Shown: positions 1-10,653 of the stretch, one piece after another
Layout of the letters: every line of letters begins with the position of its first letter
How positions within the stretch are numbered: the first letter of the stretch is position 1
Source of the DNA: a virus
DNA length: 64,000 nucleotides
Reading direction: 5' to 3' (one strand)
IMG/VR virus record: IMGVR_UViG_3300028393_001967
The notes under the pieces: model-generated
What the model was told of the DNA's origin: nothing
What the model saw: the letters and a program-made list of their open reading frames with translations, nothing else
Database searches by the model: none
Position numbers and translations under genes: made by a program

Positions 1-246
1 AACAGTCTGCAAGATCCTAAACAAGTTCTGGCACACCTATATACTTGGCATATGGGTGATATGTTTGGCGGGCAAATGATCAAGAAGATTATCAACGCTC
101 CACACAGTCATTTAGAATTTGAAAATGCAATGGCACTGATTTCAACTATGCGTCCCTTGTTGACTGATGACCTAGCCGATGAAGCAAACGTGGCCTTTGA
201 TTGGGCAATTAAAATACTAGGCGAATATGACGACAGTTTGGAATAA
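1..246 (+). CDS. Heme oxygenase, 5'-truncated by the window edge
   Basis: Frame 1 is open from base 1: ...LAHLYTWHMGDMFGGQMIKK matches the HO distal helix motif (HxYxxYLGDLSGGQ); DEAxxAF near the C-terminus; adjacent to a bilin reductase. Confidence 0.85.
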   Translation, partial: NSLQDPKQVLAHLYTWHMGDMFGGQMIKKIINAPHSHLEFENAMALISTMRPLLTDDLADEANVAFDWAIKILGEYDDSLE

Positions 247-892
247 AATTTCAGCACTGGCAAAAGATATCGAATCCAAGTTTCAAGCTACAGGCGAGTC
301 ATTACCTGTTGATCACGACTACGGTTGGTATAACGCATTGTACTCTAGTCCTAAATATCGTAGGGCTCACGTGGAAATTGTAGACTTCCGCGACACCCAT
401 AACATTTACATTTTGCACAGTACCATTTTTCCGCATTTCAATGATCCCAGTCCCATTTGGGGATTTGATGCAGTATGCGGCCCAAACAAGATAACAGGCG
501 CATTCCACGATTATAGCATTACTGGAGATCCTACTAATTTTATGTATCTATGGTTTAAAGCACAGGTAAACGGTCTTGAATGGAACAAACCTAGACAACT
601 TCCCGAATGGGCACAACAAATCTTTAGTCCCGCAATAGTTGCCGCAGGAAATCTGCAGGATGAGGCAGAGATTGACCAACTTTGTAATACAGCACTAACT
701 ACCTTAGATTTTTATCTTAAGAATGTAGGATTGGAGCAGCAAGATGTAGCTGATTATCATATGGCACAGAATCGATATTGCCATTATCAAAAACAAAATC
801 CACACGTAATTAAAAGTATGATTTCAATGGGAGTCCCTGAGAAAACAATGACCAATTTTGTTCACAAAGTATTGTTTCCAGAGATTGACTAA
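227..892 (+). CDS. Ferredoxin-dependent bilin reductase (PcyA/PcyX-like)
   Basis: Motifs YRRAHVE, ILHxxIFP, PIWGFD, GAFHDYS, RQLPEWAQQIFS and QNRYCHYQKQNPH are typical of the PcyA family. Confidence 0.85.
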   Translation: MTTVWNKISALAKDIESKFQATGESLPVDHDYGWYNALYSSPKYRRAHVEIVDFRDTHNIYILHSTIFPHFNDPSPIWGFDAVCGPNKITGAFHDYSITGDPTNFMYLWFKAQVNGLEWNKPRQLPEWAQQIFSPAIVAAGNLQDEAEIDQLCNTALTTLDFYLKNVGLEQQDVADYHMAQNRYCHYQKQNPHVIKSMISMGVPEKTMTNFVHKVLFPEID

Positions 893-902
893 ATATTAAA
901 TT

Positions 903-2540
903 ATGCGTATAATTGAATTATTAACAGAAACTGAAGACCCTTTGGATAATACCCAACAACATATACCGCCAGCGCCAGATCAACAAATTGGTGCAGATCC
1001 AGAAACTCAATCAAAAGTTAATAATTCAGTCAAACCTGTGAATAAAAAATTGAAGACGGATGACGGCCCATATAACTTTGATGGCAAAGAATACGCAAAT
1101 ATAATGGCAAGTAAGAAAATTGCCATTGATATTCAAAATGCACTCAAAAAAGATTTTCCAAATATTGTGGTTGGGGTAGATAGTGCCAAAGATGGTAAAC
1201 TAGTTCCATCTATTCGTATTAAAAATGTTTTACCAAAAGATGCAGGTAAAAAAATATTAGCATCTATGTATGCCCTACATCCAGCTGATCCAGTGTCATC
1301 AACGGTTACTGGAACATATCAAACTGATACGTATTCATTCACAGTTGATAATCAAATTTTTACAATCATACTTGCTGGTAAAGGTAGTAAAAGTGGCGGT
1401 GCACAAGTTGGTATCCAACAACTACGTCCTAATAAGTTGGGACTAGTGGGAGACAACACTAAGGCTCAAGTAGTTGAGTTGGTCAAAAAATCATTGGTAA
1501 AAGTAGTAGGCAAGGATCCAAAACTTTTAGAAGCATTGCGTCAATTAGTGGATGTTGCTGCTGGAACACGCGATGTTATTGATCCAGACCTTAACGATCA
1601 TATCAAAGACAGTATCAATCTAATCAGTCAAGATTTTGGTGAAGTATTAACACCAATCAAAATGTCAGTTAATGACAGCGATATCATTAATTTTCCAGAA
1701 CAATCAAATCAACCTTTGATTGACGCAAAAGTTAATGGTAAAATGATTGCTGTTAAAAGTCTTGGCGGCAGTGGCAATAGTTTTTCTGTTATTCAAGAGT
1801 TGATTGACGAATACGAAAAAGAAATGAACAAAGATCCCAAGCAAGTTGCTGGTGAACGAGCACGTATGCTTAAATTAGTGAAAGAATTTAACAAATCTAA
1901 AGGCGATGTCAAGGATAATTTAATTCGCGTAGCACAACTAGCTCCAACTAAGGAAGCATTGGCACTAAACAATTTGGTAGGATTTAAACCTAACAATTAC
2001 GAAGAAATGTTAAAAGCAGCGGACATTATTATGAAATCTATATCTGCTGAGGCAACAAGTAGCGAAGATTTGTACAAAAAATATTTGGAAGCAGTATTAC
2101 CAATTAGTACATCTGGTGCAAGAATGACTGGCGGGAAATCCCCCAAAGTACAAGCCATTGGTATGCCAAGTGATTGGAAACACTACACTGGATTAAAAGA
2201 TATTAAAGATTTAAAAGTCAAGGCTAGTGGAAAGAAATATTTTGATTCCAACTTTGTTAAAGCAGCAGCTGATCAATTAACTTATTTGCTAGGCTGGAGT
2301 TTTAGAATGGATGCAGCCGAAGGTGGGAAAGATTCAGAAGAAATGAGTAAATTAATTACTGATATCATGACCAAGAAAGAAGCTGTTGCTGCAAAAATTT
2401 CAATAACTCCAGAAGGTGGTATTGTGGTCAGAGTTACACCATTCAGTGATTTGAAATTTGGCTATCAATATCATGCAGGAACAAGTCGTCCTTCTCAAAA
2501 TGCTCCTGGTTTTTCAATTCATTTTGTAGATACCAATTGA
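903..2540 (+). CDS. Putative virion-packaged protein with PD-(D/E)XK nuclease-like motif
   Basis: TAAATA box upstream; N-terminus MRIIELLTE; DFGE...FPEQSNQPLID...IAVKS resembles a restriction-endonuclease-fold active site. Confidence 0.45.
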   Translation: MRIIELLTETEDPLDNTQQHIPPAPDQQIGADPETQSKVNNSVKPVNKKLKTDDGPYNFDGKEYANIMASKKIAIDIQNALKKDFPNIVVGVDSAKDGKLVPSIRIKNVLPKDAGKKILASMYALHPADPVSSTVTGTYQTDTYSFTVDNQIFTIILAGKGSKSGGAQVGIQQLRPNKLGLVGDNTKAQVVELVKKSLVKVVGKDPKLLEALRQLVDVAAGTRDVIDPDLNDHIKDSINLISQDFGEVLTPIKMSVNDSDIINFPEQSNQPLIDAKVNGKMIAVKSLGGSGNSFSVIQELIDEYEKEMNKDPKQVAGERARMLKLVKEFNKSKGDVKDNLIRVAQLAPTKEALALNNLVGFKPNNYEEMLKAADIIMKSISAEATSSEDLYKKYLEAVLPISTSGARMTGGKSPKVQAIGMPSDWKHYTGLKDIKDLKVKASGKKYFDSNFVKAAADQLTYLLGWSFRMDAAEGGKDSEEMSKLITDIMTKKEAVAAKISITPEGGIVVRVTPFSDLKFGYQYHAGTSRPSQNAPGFSIHFVDTN

Positions 2541-2565
2541 CACATATTTGATTTTGTGTTATAAT
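2537..2565 (+). promoter_or_regulatory. Sigma70-type promoter, leaderless to the MTase
   Basis: TTGACA-17 nt-TATAAT with ATG 5 nt downstream. Confidence 0.8.
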
Positions 2566-2570
2566 AAGGT

Positions 2571-3536
2571 ATGAACACACTATACCAAGGCAATTTTTTA
2601 GACTTTGATGCTAATATCAAAGATAACTCAATTGATCTACTACTAACAGATCCTCCTTACAATATCAGCGAGAACGGTGCAAAGCCAGTTTGGATTGATA
2701 AGGCTACGGGCAAGAATAAAAGCACTATCCATAATCAACAATTTTCAGAAAAGTTTGATGAAAATTGGGATAGTGTAAGCCACGATGAATTCTTAATTCA
2801 AATTGAAACTTGGGCAAAGTTTTGGTTTAAAAAACTACGCAAGGGTGGCACATTTGCTATCTTTATCAGCGACCAATACATTTCATATCTTTGGAAGATT
2901 ATGGAAGCGGAGGGATTTGAACCCAAACGAATTTGGACTTGGAAAAAACCTGCCGCTGTTCCCTTTAATCGAAAAGTAAATCCAGTGAGTGCGTGTGAGT
3001 ATGTACTATTTGGTATTAAACCAGGTGGCAAACGTACATTCAACTCTGATGCAGAACGGGGCAGTTTGGTTGAACGCTATGCGGCTGCGGACAAAGTCAG
3101 CAGTATTGTGTACAAGTTATTCAAAAACAGTTTACCTAGCGACGATATTAATGAAATTTTTGCACAGGCTGCAAAACAAGCAGAAACGATGCTTAAAGCA
3201 CGTAAAACTACAAATAATGTAGTAGAGTGTGTGATTCCTAATACACTTACATATAGTGGCGGGTTAGGCAAAAATAAGATACATCCTACTGAAAAACCAG
3301 TGGAAATCCTGGAATATTTCATTGAATTGTTGTCTAATAAGGGTGATCTAGTGTTAGATACGTTTGGTGGTAGTGGTAGCACTAGTATTGCCGCAACCAA
3401 TATGGAACGTGATTCAATCGTTTTTGAACAAGATGAGGTAATGTTTGAAAAAATGAAGGCCAGGATTGAAGCACACGAAGGCAATCCATCCGTAGCATTA
3501 TTTGGGAATTCTGATGCCCAAAACCCTGCTATTTAG
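2571..3536 (+). CDS. DNA N6-adenine/N4-cytosine methyltransferase (beta class)
   Basis: DPPY near the N-terminus; HPTEKP; DTFGGSGST SAM-binding motif near the C-terminus. Confidence 0.92.
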   Translation: MNTLYQGNFLDFDANIKDNSIDLLLTDPPYNISENGAKPVWIDKATGKNKSTIHNQQFSEKFDENWDSVSHDEFLIQIETWAKFWFKKLRKGGTFAIFISDQYISYLWKIMEAEGFEPKRIWTWKKPAAVPFNRKVNPVSACEYVLFGIKPGGKRTFNSDAERGSLVERYAAADKVSSIVYKLFKNSLPSDDINEIFAQAAKQAETMLKARKTTNNVVECVIPNTLTYSGGLGKNKIHPTEKPVEILEYFIELLSNKGDLVLDTFGGSGSTSIAATNMERDSIVFEQDEVMFEKMKARIEAHEGNPSVALFGNSDAQNPAI

Positions 3537-3561
3537 GATTAAGTAGATACTAAATAGTAAT

Positions 3562-3930
3562 ATGGATATATTACTATTAATGTTCCTTTTGATTGTCAAG
3601 CATTCGTATGCTGACTTTACTATCCAAACTTATCAGCAAACGGTACGTAAGGGGATTTACCGCGATCCCATTGGTATTAGCCATAGTATGGATCACGTAT
3701 GGACGACACTAATAGCATTACTGATTTTTAGTTTTATCCACCCGCTGAATCCATATACGGCATTGGCAATTGCTGCTGTTGAAGGCATTGTTCACTATCA
3801 TATTGATTGGGTTAAAGTTAGATTTGGAAGTAAAGACCAAACTAAACCTATATTTTGGACACAGTTTGGGTTGGATCAATTAGCCCATTATCTTTGCTAC
3901 TTGGTAATGACTTGGTATATATTAGTATAA
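3562..3930 (+). CDS. Membrane protein, DUF3307-like
   Basis: KHxxADF...H...HYHIDWVK...GLDQLAH pattern and hydrophobic segments. Confidence 0.7.
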   Translation: MDILLLMFLLIVKHSYADFTIQTYQQTVRKGIYRDPIGISHSMDHVWTTLIALLIFSFIHPLNPYTALAIAAVEGIVHYHIDWVKVRFGSKDQTKPIFWTQFGLDQLAHYLCYLVMTWYILV

Positions 3931-3988
3931 CTACATAGTTAATCTAAAATTTTATTCTATTAAATATGAGTATAGAATAGGAATTACG

Positions 3989-4477
3989 ATGAAACTACGT
4001 ATATTAATAGCAGGTTTGACAGTGGCGTTAGTCACGTCATTATCACACGCCGAATTAATTCAACAATTTAAAGACCCAACGTTCAGTGGTAACGGATGGG
4101 CTAGCCAAGTTCTCACAGTAGAACAGATGCGTAATAGTGCACAGAATTCGCTGGATTCTAAAGCAGCATCAGATGCCTCGGCCGCAGCAGCCGCAGCCTC
4201 AAATACACCATTAGCCAAATTTATGGCCCTGTTTACTGGGCAAGTATACAGCCAGTTGGCAACTCAACTGACAAATAACTTGTTCAAAGAATGTACAACA
4301 GGTGCGTGTGCTAACGGTAGTTTTATGGTAACTGATAGTCAACAAATACAATGGACAAAATTAAACGGCCAAGTTACATTGAATGTATACGATGGTAAAA
4401 CGGTTAACGGTTCATTTGTTGCAAACGCAAGTCCTACACAGTCAATTTCTGTGCCAATTTCAAGTTTTAGTTTTTAA
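3989..4477 (+). CDS. csgF: Curli assembly protein CsgF-like
   Basis: Signal peptide then ELIQQFKDPTFSGNG (CsgF N-terminal FxNPxFGG motif); directly upstream of csgG. Confidence 0.75.
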   Translation: MKLRILIAGLTVALVTSLSHAELIQQFKDPTFSGNGWASQVLTVEQMRNSAQNSLDSKAASDASAAAAAASNTPLAKFMALFTGQVYSQLATQLTNNLFKECTTGACANGSFMVTDSQQIQWTKLNGQVTLNVYDGKTVNGSFVANASPTQSISVPISSFSF

Positions 4478-4487
4478 GGAGCAATAG

Positions 4488-5318
4488 ATGAAAACATTTA
4501 AATTAGCTACTATTGCATTAGTATTAGCATCATTATTTGGTTGTTCTACAGTTCGTCCGTTAGGAGAAATTGGTATTAAAGATCAGCCTAAAGAAAGCGC
4601 AAGTATTGTTAAACAGATTGATACATTACCAGCACCATCAGGTCCTAAAGTTGCGGTGGCAGTTTACAGTTTTAAAGATCTAACTGGTCAGCGTAAACCA
4701 AGTGCAACATTGAGTTTGTTTAGCACAGCAGTTACACAAGGCGCAGAAGCCTATTTGATTAAGAGTTTACAGGAAGCAGGCAACCGTCAATGGTTCACTG
4801 TTGTAGAACGTGCCAACTTAGACAATCTTTTAAAAGAGCGTCAAATGATTAAACAAACTCGTGAAATTTACGATGGCGCCAATGCTAAAATTCTCCCACC
4901 GCTTACACTAGCTGGCGTTATTTTAGAAGGCGGTATTGTTGACTATAACAGCAACGTATTAACAGGTGGGACTGGATTTGCTGTTTTGGGAATTGGGCCA
5001 TATACCCAATATACACAAGATCAAGTAGTAATTAGTATGAGATTAGTCAGTGTGCAAACTGGCGAAATTTTAACATCAGTTACTATTGAAAAGAACTTAT
5101 TAAGTACGCAAGATGGTGCGACTGCAATGAAGTTCTATGACCAAGGAACGAAATCGTTTGAATTTGATTCTAGTCAAACATTCAACGAGCCTGGAAACTA
5201 TGCCTTACGATCTGCAATTGAACAAGGAATTGTTGAATTAGTAAAGAAAGGCGAGCAGTTGGGATTGTGGGGCTACAAGACCGCAAATCCTAAAAATGAG
5301 GAAACACTAACCAAATAA
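4488..5318 (+). CDS. csgG: Curli secretion channel CsgG
   Basis: Lipobox LFGC; VAVYSFKDLTGQRK, FSTAVTQG, WFTVVERANLDNLLKERQ and EGGIVDY. Confidence 0.92.
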   Translation: MKTFKLATIALVLASLFGCSTVRPLGEIGIKDQPKESASIVKQIDTLPAPSGPKVAVAVYSFKDLTGQRKPSATLSLFSTAVTQGAEAYLIKSLQEAGNRQWFTVVERANLDNLLKERQMIKQTREIYDGANAKILPPLTLAGVILEGGIVDYNSNVLTGGTGFAVLGIGPYTQYTQDQVVISMRLVSVQTGEILTSVTIEKNLLSTQDGATAMKFYDQGTKSFEFDSSQTFNEPGNYALRSAIEQGIVELVKKGEQLGLWGYKTANPKNEETLTK

Positions 5319-5338
5319 ACACCCTCGGAGCAAACACT

Positions 5339-6151
5339 ATGATTAAAAAATTATTAACAACACTAATCGCAGGTATTTTCGTTAGTTCTGTTTACGCACA
5401 AACTGCGCCAACAGCACCAACACAATCATCTGCACCCACTATTACAACTGAAGCAACTACAAGGTTCGCAGCAGGTGTAACTGCATCTTTAAATGCAAGT
5501 ACAACGAACATTATCTATCTACAGCAAACTGGTATTGCACCTACTATCAGTATTAACCAAGATGGTAACAGCAACCGCGCTGGCACTGATGCCAGCGGAA
5601 CAATTAACAGTATGATATTAAACGGTAATAACCAAGTTGTTACTATTGATCAAACTGGTAACAACAACGTTATCAATACTATGAAGATTACAGGTAACGA
5701 TGCAAATGTTTATTTAGAACAGTTAGGTAACAACAATTCATCAAACGTAAGCTGTGGTTTGGTAATAAGCTGCGCTGGACAGGCAACTTTAAATCAAAAT
5801 GCATTATTAGATTTAAGATTTACTGGCAATAGCAATACTGCAAATTACACAGGTAATGGCACTGCATTACAGGCCGCTGTATATGTTAAAGGCAATGGAA
5901 ATACACTTAATTTAGAGCAATCAAGTTCTACAGGTCAAGGACAACAAATGTTGATCAACTTGACTAATAGCGACAACAATACTGTAAATGTTCTACAATC
6001 TAGCGCAAGTATCAGCAGTTTGGCATTGGCACAAAATGGTACTGGCGGAACAACTTTCAATGTTAGTCAAACTGGAACATATTCTAATGTCTCTAATATC
6101 ACTGCTACATCAGCAGGTGGTAGTTTCAACGTTATTCAACGTAGTCGTTAA
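5339..6151 (+). CDS. Curlin-repeat secreted protein (CsgA/CsgB-like)
   Basis: Signal peptide; repeated (I/L)xQxGxxN units; N/Q/G/S/T-rich. Confidence 0.75.
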   Translation: MIKKLLTTLIAGIFVSSVYAQTAPTAPTQSSAPTITTEATTRFAAGVTASLNASTTNIIYLQQTGIAPTISINQDGNSNRAGTDASGTINSMILNGNNQVVTIDQTGNNNVINTMKITGNDANVYLEQLGNNNSSNVSCGLVISCAGQATLNQNALLDLRFTGNSNTANYTGNGTALQAAVYVKGNGNTLNLEQSSSTGQGQQMLINLTNSDNNTVNVLQSSASISSLALAQNGTGGTTFNVSQTGTYSNVSNITATSAGGSFNVIQRSR

Positions 6152-6163
6152 TAAGGGGAAGGC

Positions 6164-7300
6164 GTGAAACGATGGGCCATATTGTTATGGTTGTTCACTA
6201 CGGCGGCGGTTGCTGATATTGGATCAATTGTTGATCTAACAGGCACCGCTGTAATTAAGCGCGGTAAAGAGGCCATCACAGTTATAAAAGGCACGCCTGT
6301 TGAAATCAACGATCGAGTAGAAACAAAAAATGGTGTTGTCAATATCAAATTTAAAGACGACACCACTGTTAAAGTTACAGAAAATTCCAGCCTCGTAATA
6401 GACGACTTTGTTTACGATCCCAAAAATACCGCTGGTGGCAAACTTGGTCTCAAGGCCGCCGCTGGTACTGTACGCTATGTATCAGGCAACATTGCACATA
6501 ATAATCCCAATAGTGTAAAAATTAATACACCAACTGCTGCTATTGCCGTTCGTGGTACAGACTTCGTTATGGCTGTAGATGAAACTGGTAAAAGTATGAT
6601 TATGCTTATGCCCACTTGTGAAACAGATCAGAGCGTTAACTTAAAAGGCTTAACTTGCGGTAGTGGTAAAATTGATGTAGATAGCGGATCTACAATTATT
6701 CGATTAGATAAACCATATCAAGCCACAGTTGTAGAAACTGCCAGTACTCCACCAAGTCCTCCTGTTATTGTTAATTTGAGTAATACACCAATAGGTAATA
6801 ATTTAATTATTCGTCCTCCGTCAACAATGTCTGGACAAAGCATTCAACAGGCAGCACGAGCGGCCGCACAAAAAACTGGTGATGTTAAGAAAGAAGATGA
6901 TAAGAAAGACACTAAGGAACCCAGTGTGGCCGAATCAAAAGCAACGGACGATCAACGTAAAGATAATCAAGAAAAAACCGCTGCTGCTCAGGCTGCAGAA
7001 GATCGAGCATTGGCCGTACTGACTGAACTAAAAGATAAAAATGTTAAAGTTACTGATAAAGCCTATGAAAACGAACACGTTGTTGGTATATATAAAAACG
7101 ATAATCCTAACTTAAACCAATTAGGATGGGGTTATATGAGTATGAGTCCAAACGGTAATAACTTTACAGCCATAAGTTTAACTAACGATAATAGAGTATT
7201 AGTGGTAGTAACACAAGATCGACAAACAGATGCTTACAACTTTGCAGGCAGTAATAATAAACCGCAGGGTAGCATCATAATTAATCAGAGTTATAAATGA
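6164..7300 (+). CDS. FecR-domain periplasmic protein
   Basis: Signal peptide; D-x-V-x-T...F-x-D-x-T...ENS...TPTAAIAVRGTDF signature. Confidence 0.85.
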   Translation: MKRWAILLWLFTTAAVADIGSIVDLTGTAVIKRGKEAITVIKGTPVEINDRVETKNGVVNIKFKDDTTVKVTENSSLVIDDFVYDPKNTAGGKLGLKAAAGTVRYVSGNIAHNNPNSVKINTPTAAIAVRGTDFVMAVDETGKSMIMLMPTCETDQSVNLKGLTCGSGKIDVDSGSTIIRLDKPYQATVVETASTPPSPPVIVNLSNTPIGNNLIIRPPSTMSGQSIQQAARAAAQKTGDVKKEDDKKDTKEPSVAESKATDDQRKDNQEKTAAAQAAEDRALAVLTELKDKNVKVTDKAYENEHVVGIYKNDNPNLNQLGWGYMSMSPNGNNFTAISLTNDNRVLVVVTQDRQTDAYNFAGSNNKPQGSIIINQSYK

Positions 7301-9336
7301 AAAAGTTGTTATCATTCCTTTTTATGTTAATGATGTGCTTAACTGCGCAGGCAACTGGATTGTCTGACTTAAAATTTGGGCAAGCACAGATTGCTGACAG
7401 TCAATGGAACGTGCAGGCTTGTACACAAACAACAACTTGTCAAATCTATAGTAAGAATCCAGGTACAGCATATAAAATTCCTTGGACAAATGGACAGTTA
7501 AGTTGGGCAGCAGGCGACTATGTTGCCTTTGCGGCAACAGGCAATAGTGCCAATCCATTTAATGCTGTTCAATATGCAGCCAACGGAACACAAAAAGCAG
7601 TGATGGGAACTGGTCATATTGTTAATATGGGCTCTGACTATTTCTTCTTTGTTGGTAACGACAACAATACCGGTCAGTTGTTTAGTATGACTCAGGGGTT
7701 TAATAATACTAGTGGGGTAACGTGGACTGGAACATTAAATCCTACAGTGGCACAAGTTAATGCATATGCTGCTAATGGTAGTACAACCCCACTAGCCGCT
7801 GGGCAGAGGGCCGCGCCGACACCAGCCCCGCCAGTTAACAATACTACACCAGCAGGAACTATGCCTGGCGGATATATTGGAAGAATATTGAACAATGTTC
7901 CAGGACAAAGTCAGAACTATTCATTTACATATACTCCCGGACAAACAGGTAGCCAATATGTACAATTGGCTTTTAGACAAGATCCTGCCTTTTGGACTGT
8001 GACCAATGTTACACTAACCGCCGGCGGTAGTTCAACTAACTTGCTACAAAATGGAAACTTTGCTACAGGCGGTACAATCACAGCGCAGACTAACAATGGG
8101 CCAATGGATGTCAATACTCCAACATATTGGGGTGTAGCATATCAATCAGGTATATATCCTGGCGCAGCAGGCAGTTGGAGTCCAGGCCAGTGGTATGATG
8201 GTGCTGTAGGAAGTTTTGATGCTATATATCAAGGCGTTAATTTAACTGTGGGCGTTACTTATACCGTAACTGTAACTGTGCGTGGAGATAATACCAGCAA
8301 TAACAATTTAAATGGTGAAGTACAATTAGGCGTTTATGCAGCACCTTGTGGCAGTCTTACACTTAGTCCAGATCAATGTACGCTACCAAGTAATAGTGGT
8401 TACACTACATTAGCAACACCAAGTGAAGGTGCAAGTGCAGGTAACACAGCACCAACACCAACAGGAAGCAGTACATCCAATGTTGTTACATCAAGTTCTA
8501 GTATAGGTAGTACGACTACTATATCAAATCCTTATACATTTGGTAATCAAACGTTTACAGTGACTGGTACTGGTACTCCAACAACAACCACAACATCTAC
8601 GACTCCTGTAACAACTACATACTGGAGTGATGGTACTACAACTATATCAAACGGTACCACTACAACTACTAGTAACACTACTTGGAATTATACAGTCACT
8701 GGTCCAAATACTCCGCCTATGAGTCCAAATGTTGGAACAAATAGAAATAGCGTCTATATTACACAAACTAATGCAGGTGCTAATAACAACATAACAACTA
8801 ACCAAAGCGGGCACGGTAATTATGAAAGTGTTAGCCTAGGTGGGTCCAACAATATTGTTAGGTTAGGACAAGGATATACATTTAGTACTTCAGGTGTTGC
8901 CACTGAATCTAATACTGCCAGTAACCACGATCTATCAACCTTAACAGTATCTGGCAATTTTAACGGAATTATCAACTCTCAAGTGGGTGCTAGTAATAGC
9001 GCCATTATCAGTGCTACAGGAAACTATAATTCATTACTAGCCACTCAAACTGGTAACAACAATCAAGTTTATAGTACAATAAGTGGAAATAATAATTCTT
9101 TATCCTTTGGACAAAATGGAAACAGCAATATTGCCGCCGCAAATTTGTACGGAAATAATAATGTGGCCACAGTTACTCAAACTGGTAATAATCACGGCGT
9201 AGTATTAAGTCTTGTTAATGCAGGTGGAGCCAACAATGTAAGTGTTGTTCAAACTGGCATAGGCGATGCTTATAGTTTGCAACAAATTTGCACAAATCCA
9301 GCAGGTTGTTCAGTTTCAGTAATTAGAAACAAATAA
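7297..9336 (+). CDS. Large secreted protein with a carbohydrate-binding-like domain, Thr-rich linker and C-terminal curlin repeats
   Basis: Signal peptide; NLLQNGNF; TTTT tracts; QTGNNN/QNGNSN repeats. Confidence 0.65.
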   Translation: MKKLLSFLFMLMMCLTAQATGLSDLKFGQAQIADSQWNVQACTQTTTCQIYSKNPGTAYKIPWTNGQLSWAAGDYVAFAATGNSANPFNAVQYAANGTQKAVMGTGHIVNMGSDYFFFVGNDNNTGQLFSMTQGFNNTSGVTWTGTLNPTVAQVNAYAANGSTTPLAAGQRAAPTPAPPVNNTTPAGTMPGGYIGRILNNVPGQSQNYSFTYTPGQTGSQYVQLAFRQDPAFWTVTNVTLTAGGSSTNLLQNGNFATGGTITAQTNNGPMDVNTPTYWGVAYQSGIYPGAAGSWSPGQWYDGAVGSFDAIYQGVNLTVGVTYTVTVTVRGDNTSNNNLNGEVQLGVYAAPCGSLTLSPDQCTLPSNSGYTTLATPSEGASAGNTAPTPTGSSTSNVVTSSSSIGSTTTISNPYTFGNQTFTVTGTGTPTTTTTSTTPVTTTYWSDGTTTISNGTTTTTSNTTWNYTVTGPNTPPMSPNVGTNRNSVYITQTNAGANNNITTNQSGHGNYESVSLGGSNNIVRLGQGYTFSTSGVATESNTASNHDLSTLTVSGNFNGIINSQVGASNSAIISATGNYNSLLATQTGNNNQVYSTISGNNNSLSFGQNGNSNIAAANLYGNNNVATVTQTGNNHGVVLSLVNAGGANNVSVVQTGIGDAYSLQQICTNPAGCSVSVIRNK

Positions 9337-9389
9337 AAATCCAACAATAAATATCTGTAGCTATAATAGCAATACATAACGGAGAAAAT

Positions 9390-9971
9390 ATGACAGGAAT
9401 AGATTTGTTAATCAGTGGTAATGCCGAGGCACTAAAGGAAGAAGTTAAAAAGATTAGTTTGGTTAATCAAGCCAAAGAAATGCCCAGTGCTGAATATCGA
9501 GGATACTTGTCTGAAGAAGCAGGGATGGAGCATTATAAATTGTTGGCGTTTATTTCCAGTGCATATGCTGGACAAACAATTTATGAAATTGGTACTGCTA
9601 TGGGAAACAGCTCATTAGCACTAAGTTATAGTCCAACTACAAAAATTATTTCCTATGATATTTTGGATACCAAATGTGTTATTACATTGCCAAAAAATGT
9701 TGAATATAGAATTGGCGATTTTAGATTAGATCCTGAAGTATTGAAGTCACCATTTATTTTTATTGATGTTGATCCGCACGACGGAATCCAAGAACAAGAA
9801 TTCCACGAATTCTTTCTAGATAATAATTATAAAGGTATTGTAATGTGGGATGATATCCTAGCTTGGGGATTAAAAGATTGGTGGCCAACTTTAAATCACC
9901 CATCTGTTACAAAGATTGACATTTCAGCAGCAGGTCATCTTTCTGGTACTGGTTTAACTATCTATAATTAA
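9390..9971 (+). CDS. Class I SAM methyltransferase-like protein
   Basis: YEIGTAMGNS, FIFIDVDPHDG and GIVMWDD. Confidence 0.6.
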   Translation: MTGIDLLISGNAEALKEEVKKISLVNQAKEMPSAEYRGYLSEEAGMEHYKLLAFISSAYAGQTIYEIGTAMGNSSLALSYSPTTKIISYDILDTKCVITLPKNVEYRIGDFRLDPEVLKSPFIFIDVDPHDGIQEQEFHEFFLDNNYKGIVMWDDILAWGLKDWWPTLNHPSVTKIDISAAGHLSGTGLTIYN

Positions 9972-9973
9972 AA

Positions 9974-10633
9974 ATGGCTAAACCAACCATTGCCCTGTTC
10001 TTGAATCATCCAGAATGTTCTAAAGATTGTGTGGATGGAATGACAGTTGCGTTATCTTCCCATTACAAAATAAAAACTTTTGGGGTAAGCGAGTGTAATC
10101 CTAACACATTTGAAAATGTAGACATTGTAGCATTTCCAGGTGGTATTGGTGATGCCAGCAGTTATGATAAGTTTTTCCGTCGTCGAGCACAAAATGCAGT
10201 TGCAGATTATGTTGCTGACGGTGGACGATATTTAGGAATATGTATGGGGGCTTATTGGGCAGGCTCCCATTATTTTGACTTATTAGACGGTGTAGAACCT
10301 GTACAATATATCAAACGCCCCAACAGTGATATCAAACGCAGTTATAGTACAATCGCACCCGTAACTTGGAATGGTGTTGAAGAAAATATATTCTTTTATG
10401 ATGGTTGTGCATTGATTGGTGACAACAAAAAGTTCGATACCGTAGCCACATATGCCAATGGCGATGCTGCCGCAATTATACAGGGTCGCATAGGACTGAT
10501 TGGGCCTCATCCCGAAAGTCTCAAATATTGGTTTGAAAAGCCGCGTCAATACTTAAATCCCTATTGGCACCAAGGCACACATCATTCACTGTTATTAAAA
10601 TTTGTGGATAAATTGATAAAACAGTATAAATAG
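9974..10633 (+). CDS. BPL_N / class I glutamine-amidotransferase-like protein
   Basis: [16 protein letters not shown] nucleophile elbow and GPHPE. Confidence 0.8.
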   Translation: MAKPTIALFLNHPECSKDCVDGMTVALSSHYKIKTFGVSECNPNTFENVDIVAFPGGIGDASSYDKFFRRRAQNAVADYVADGGRYLGICMGAYWAGSHYFDLLDGVEPVQYIKRPNSDIKRSYSTIAPVTWNGVEENIFFYDGCALIGDNKKFDTVATYANGDAAAIIQGRIGLIGPHPESLKYWFEKPRQYLNPYWHQGTHHSLLLKFVDKLIKQYK

Positions 10634-10653
10634 TTATCAAGGAGGATCTAGCC

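Noticed and set aside
8400-8700. Tandem DNA repeat or phase-variable tract
   Set aside because: ACN-rich sequence simply encodes a Thr-rich linker; the same applies to the Gly/Thr tracts at 52020-52230 and 52770-52810.
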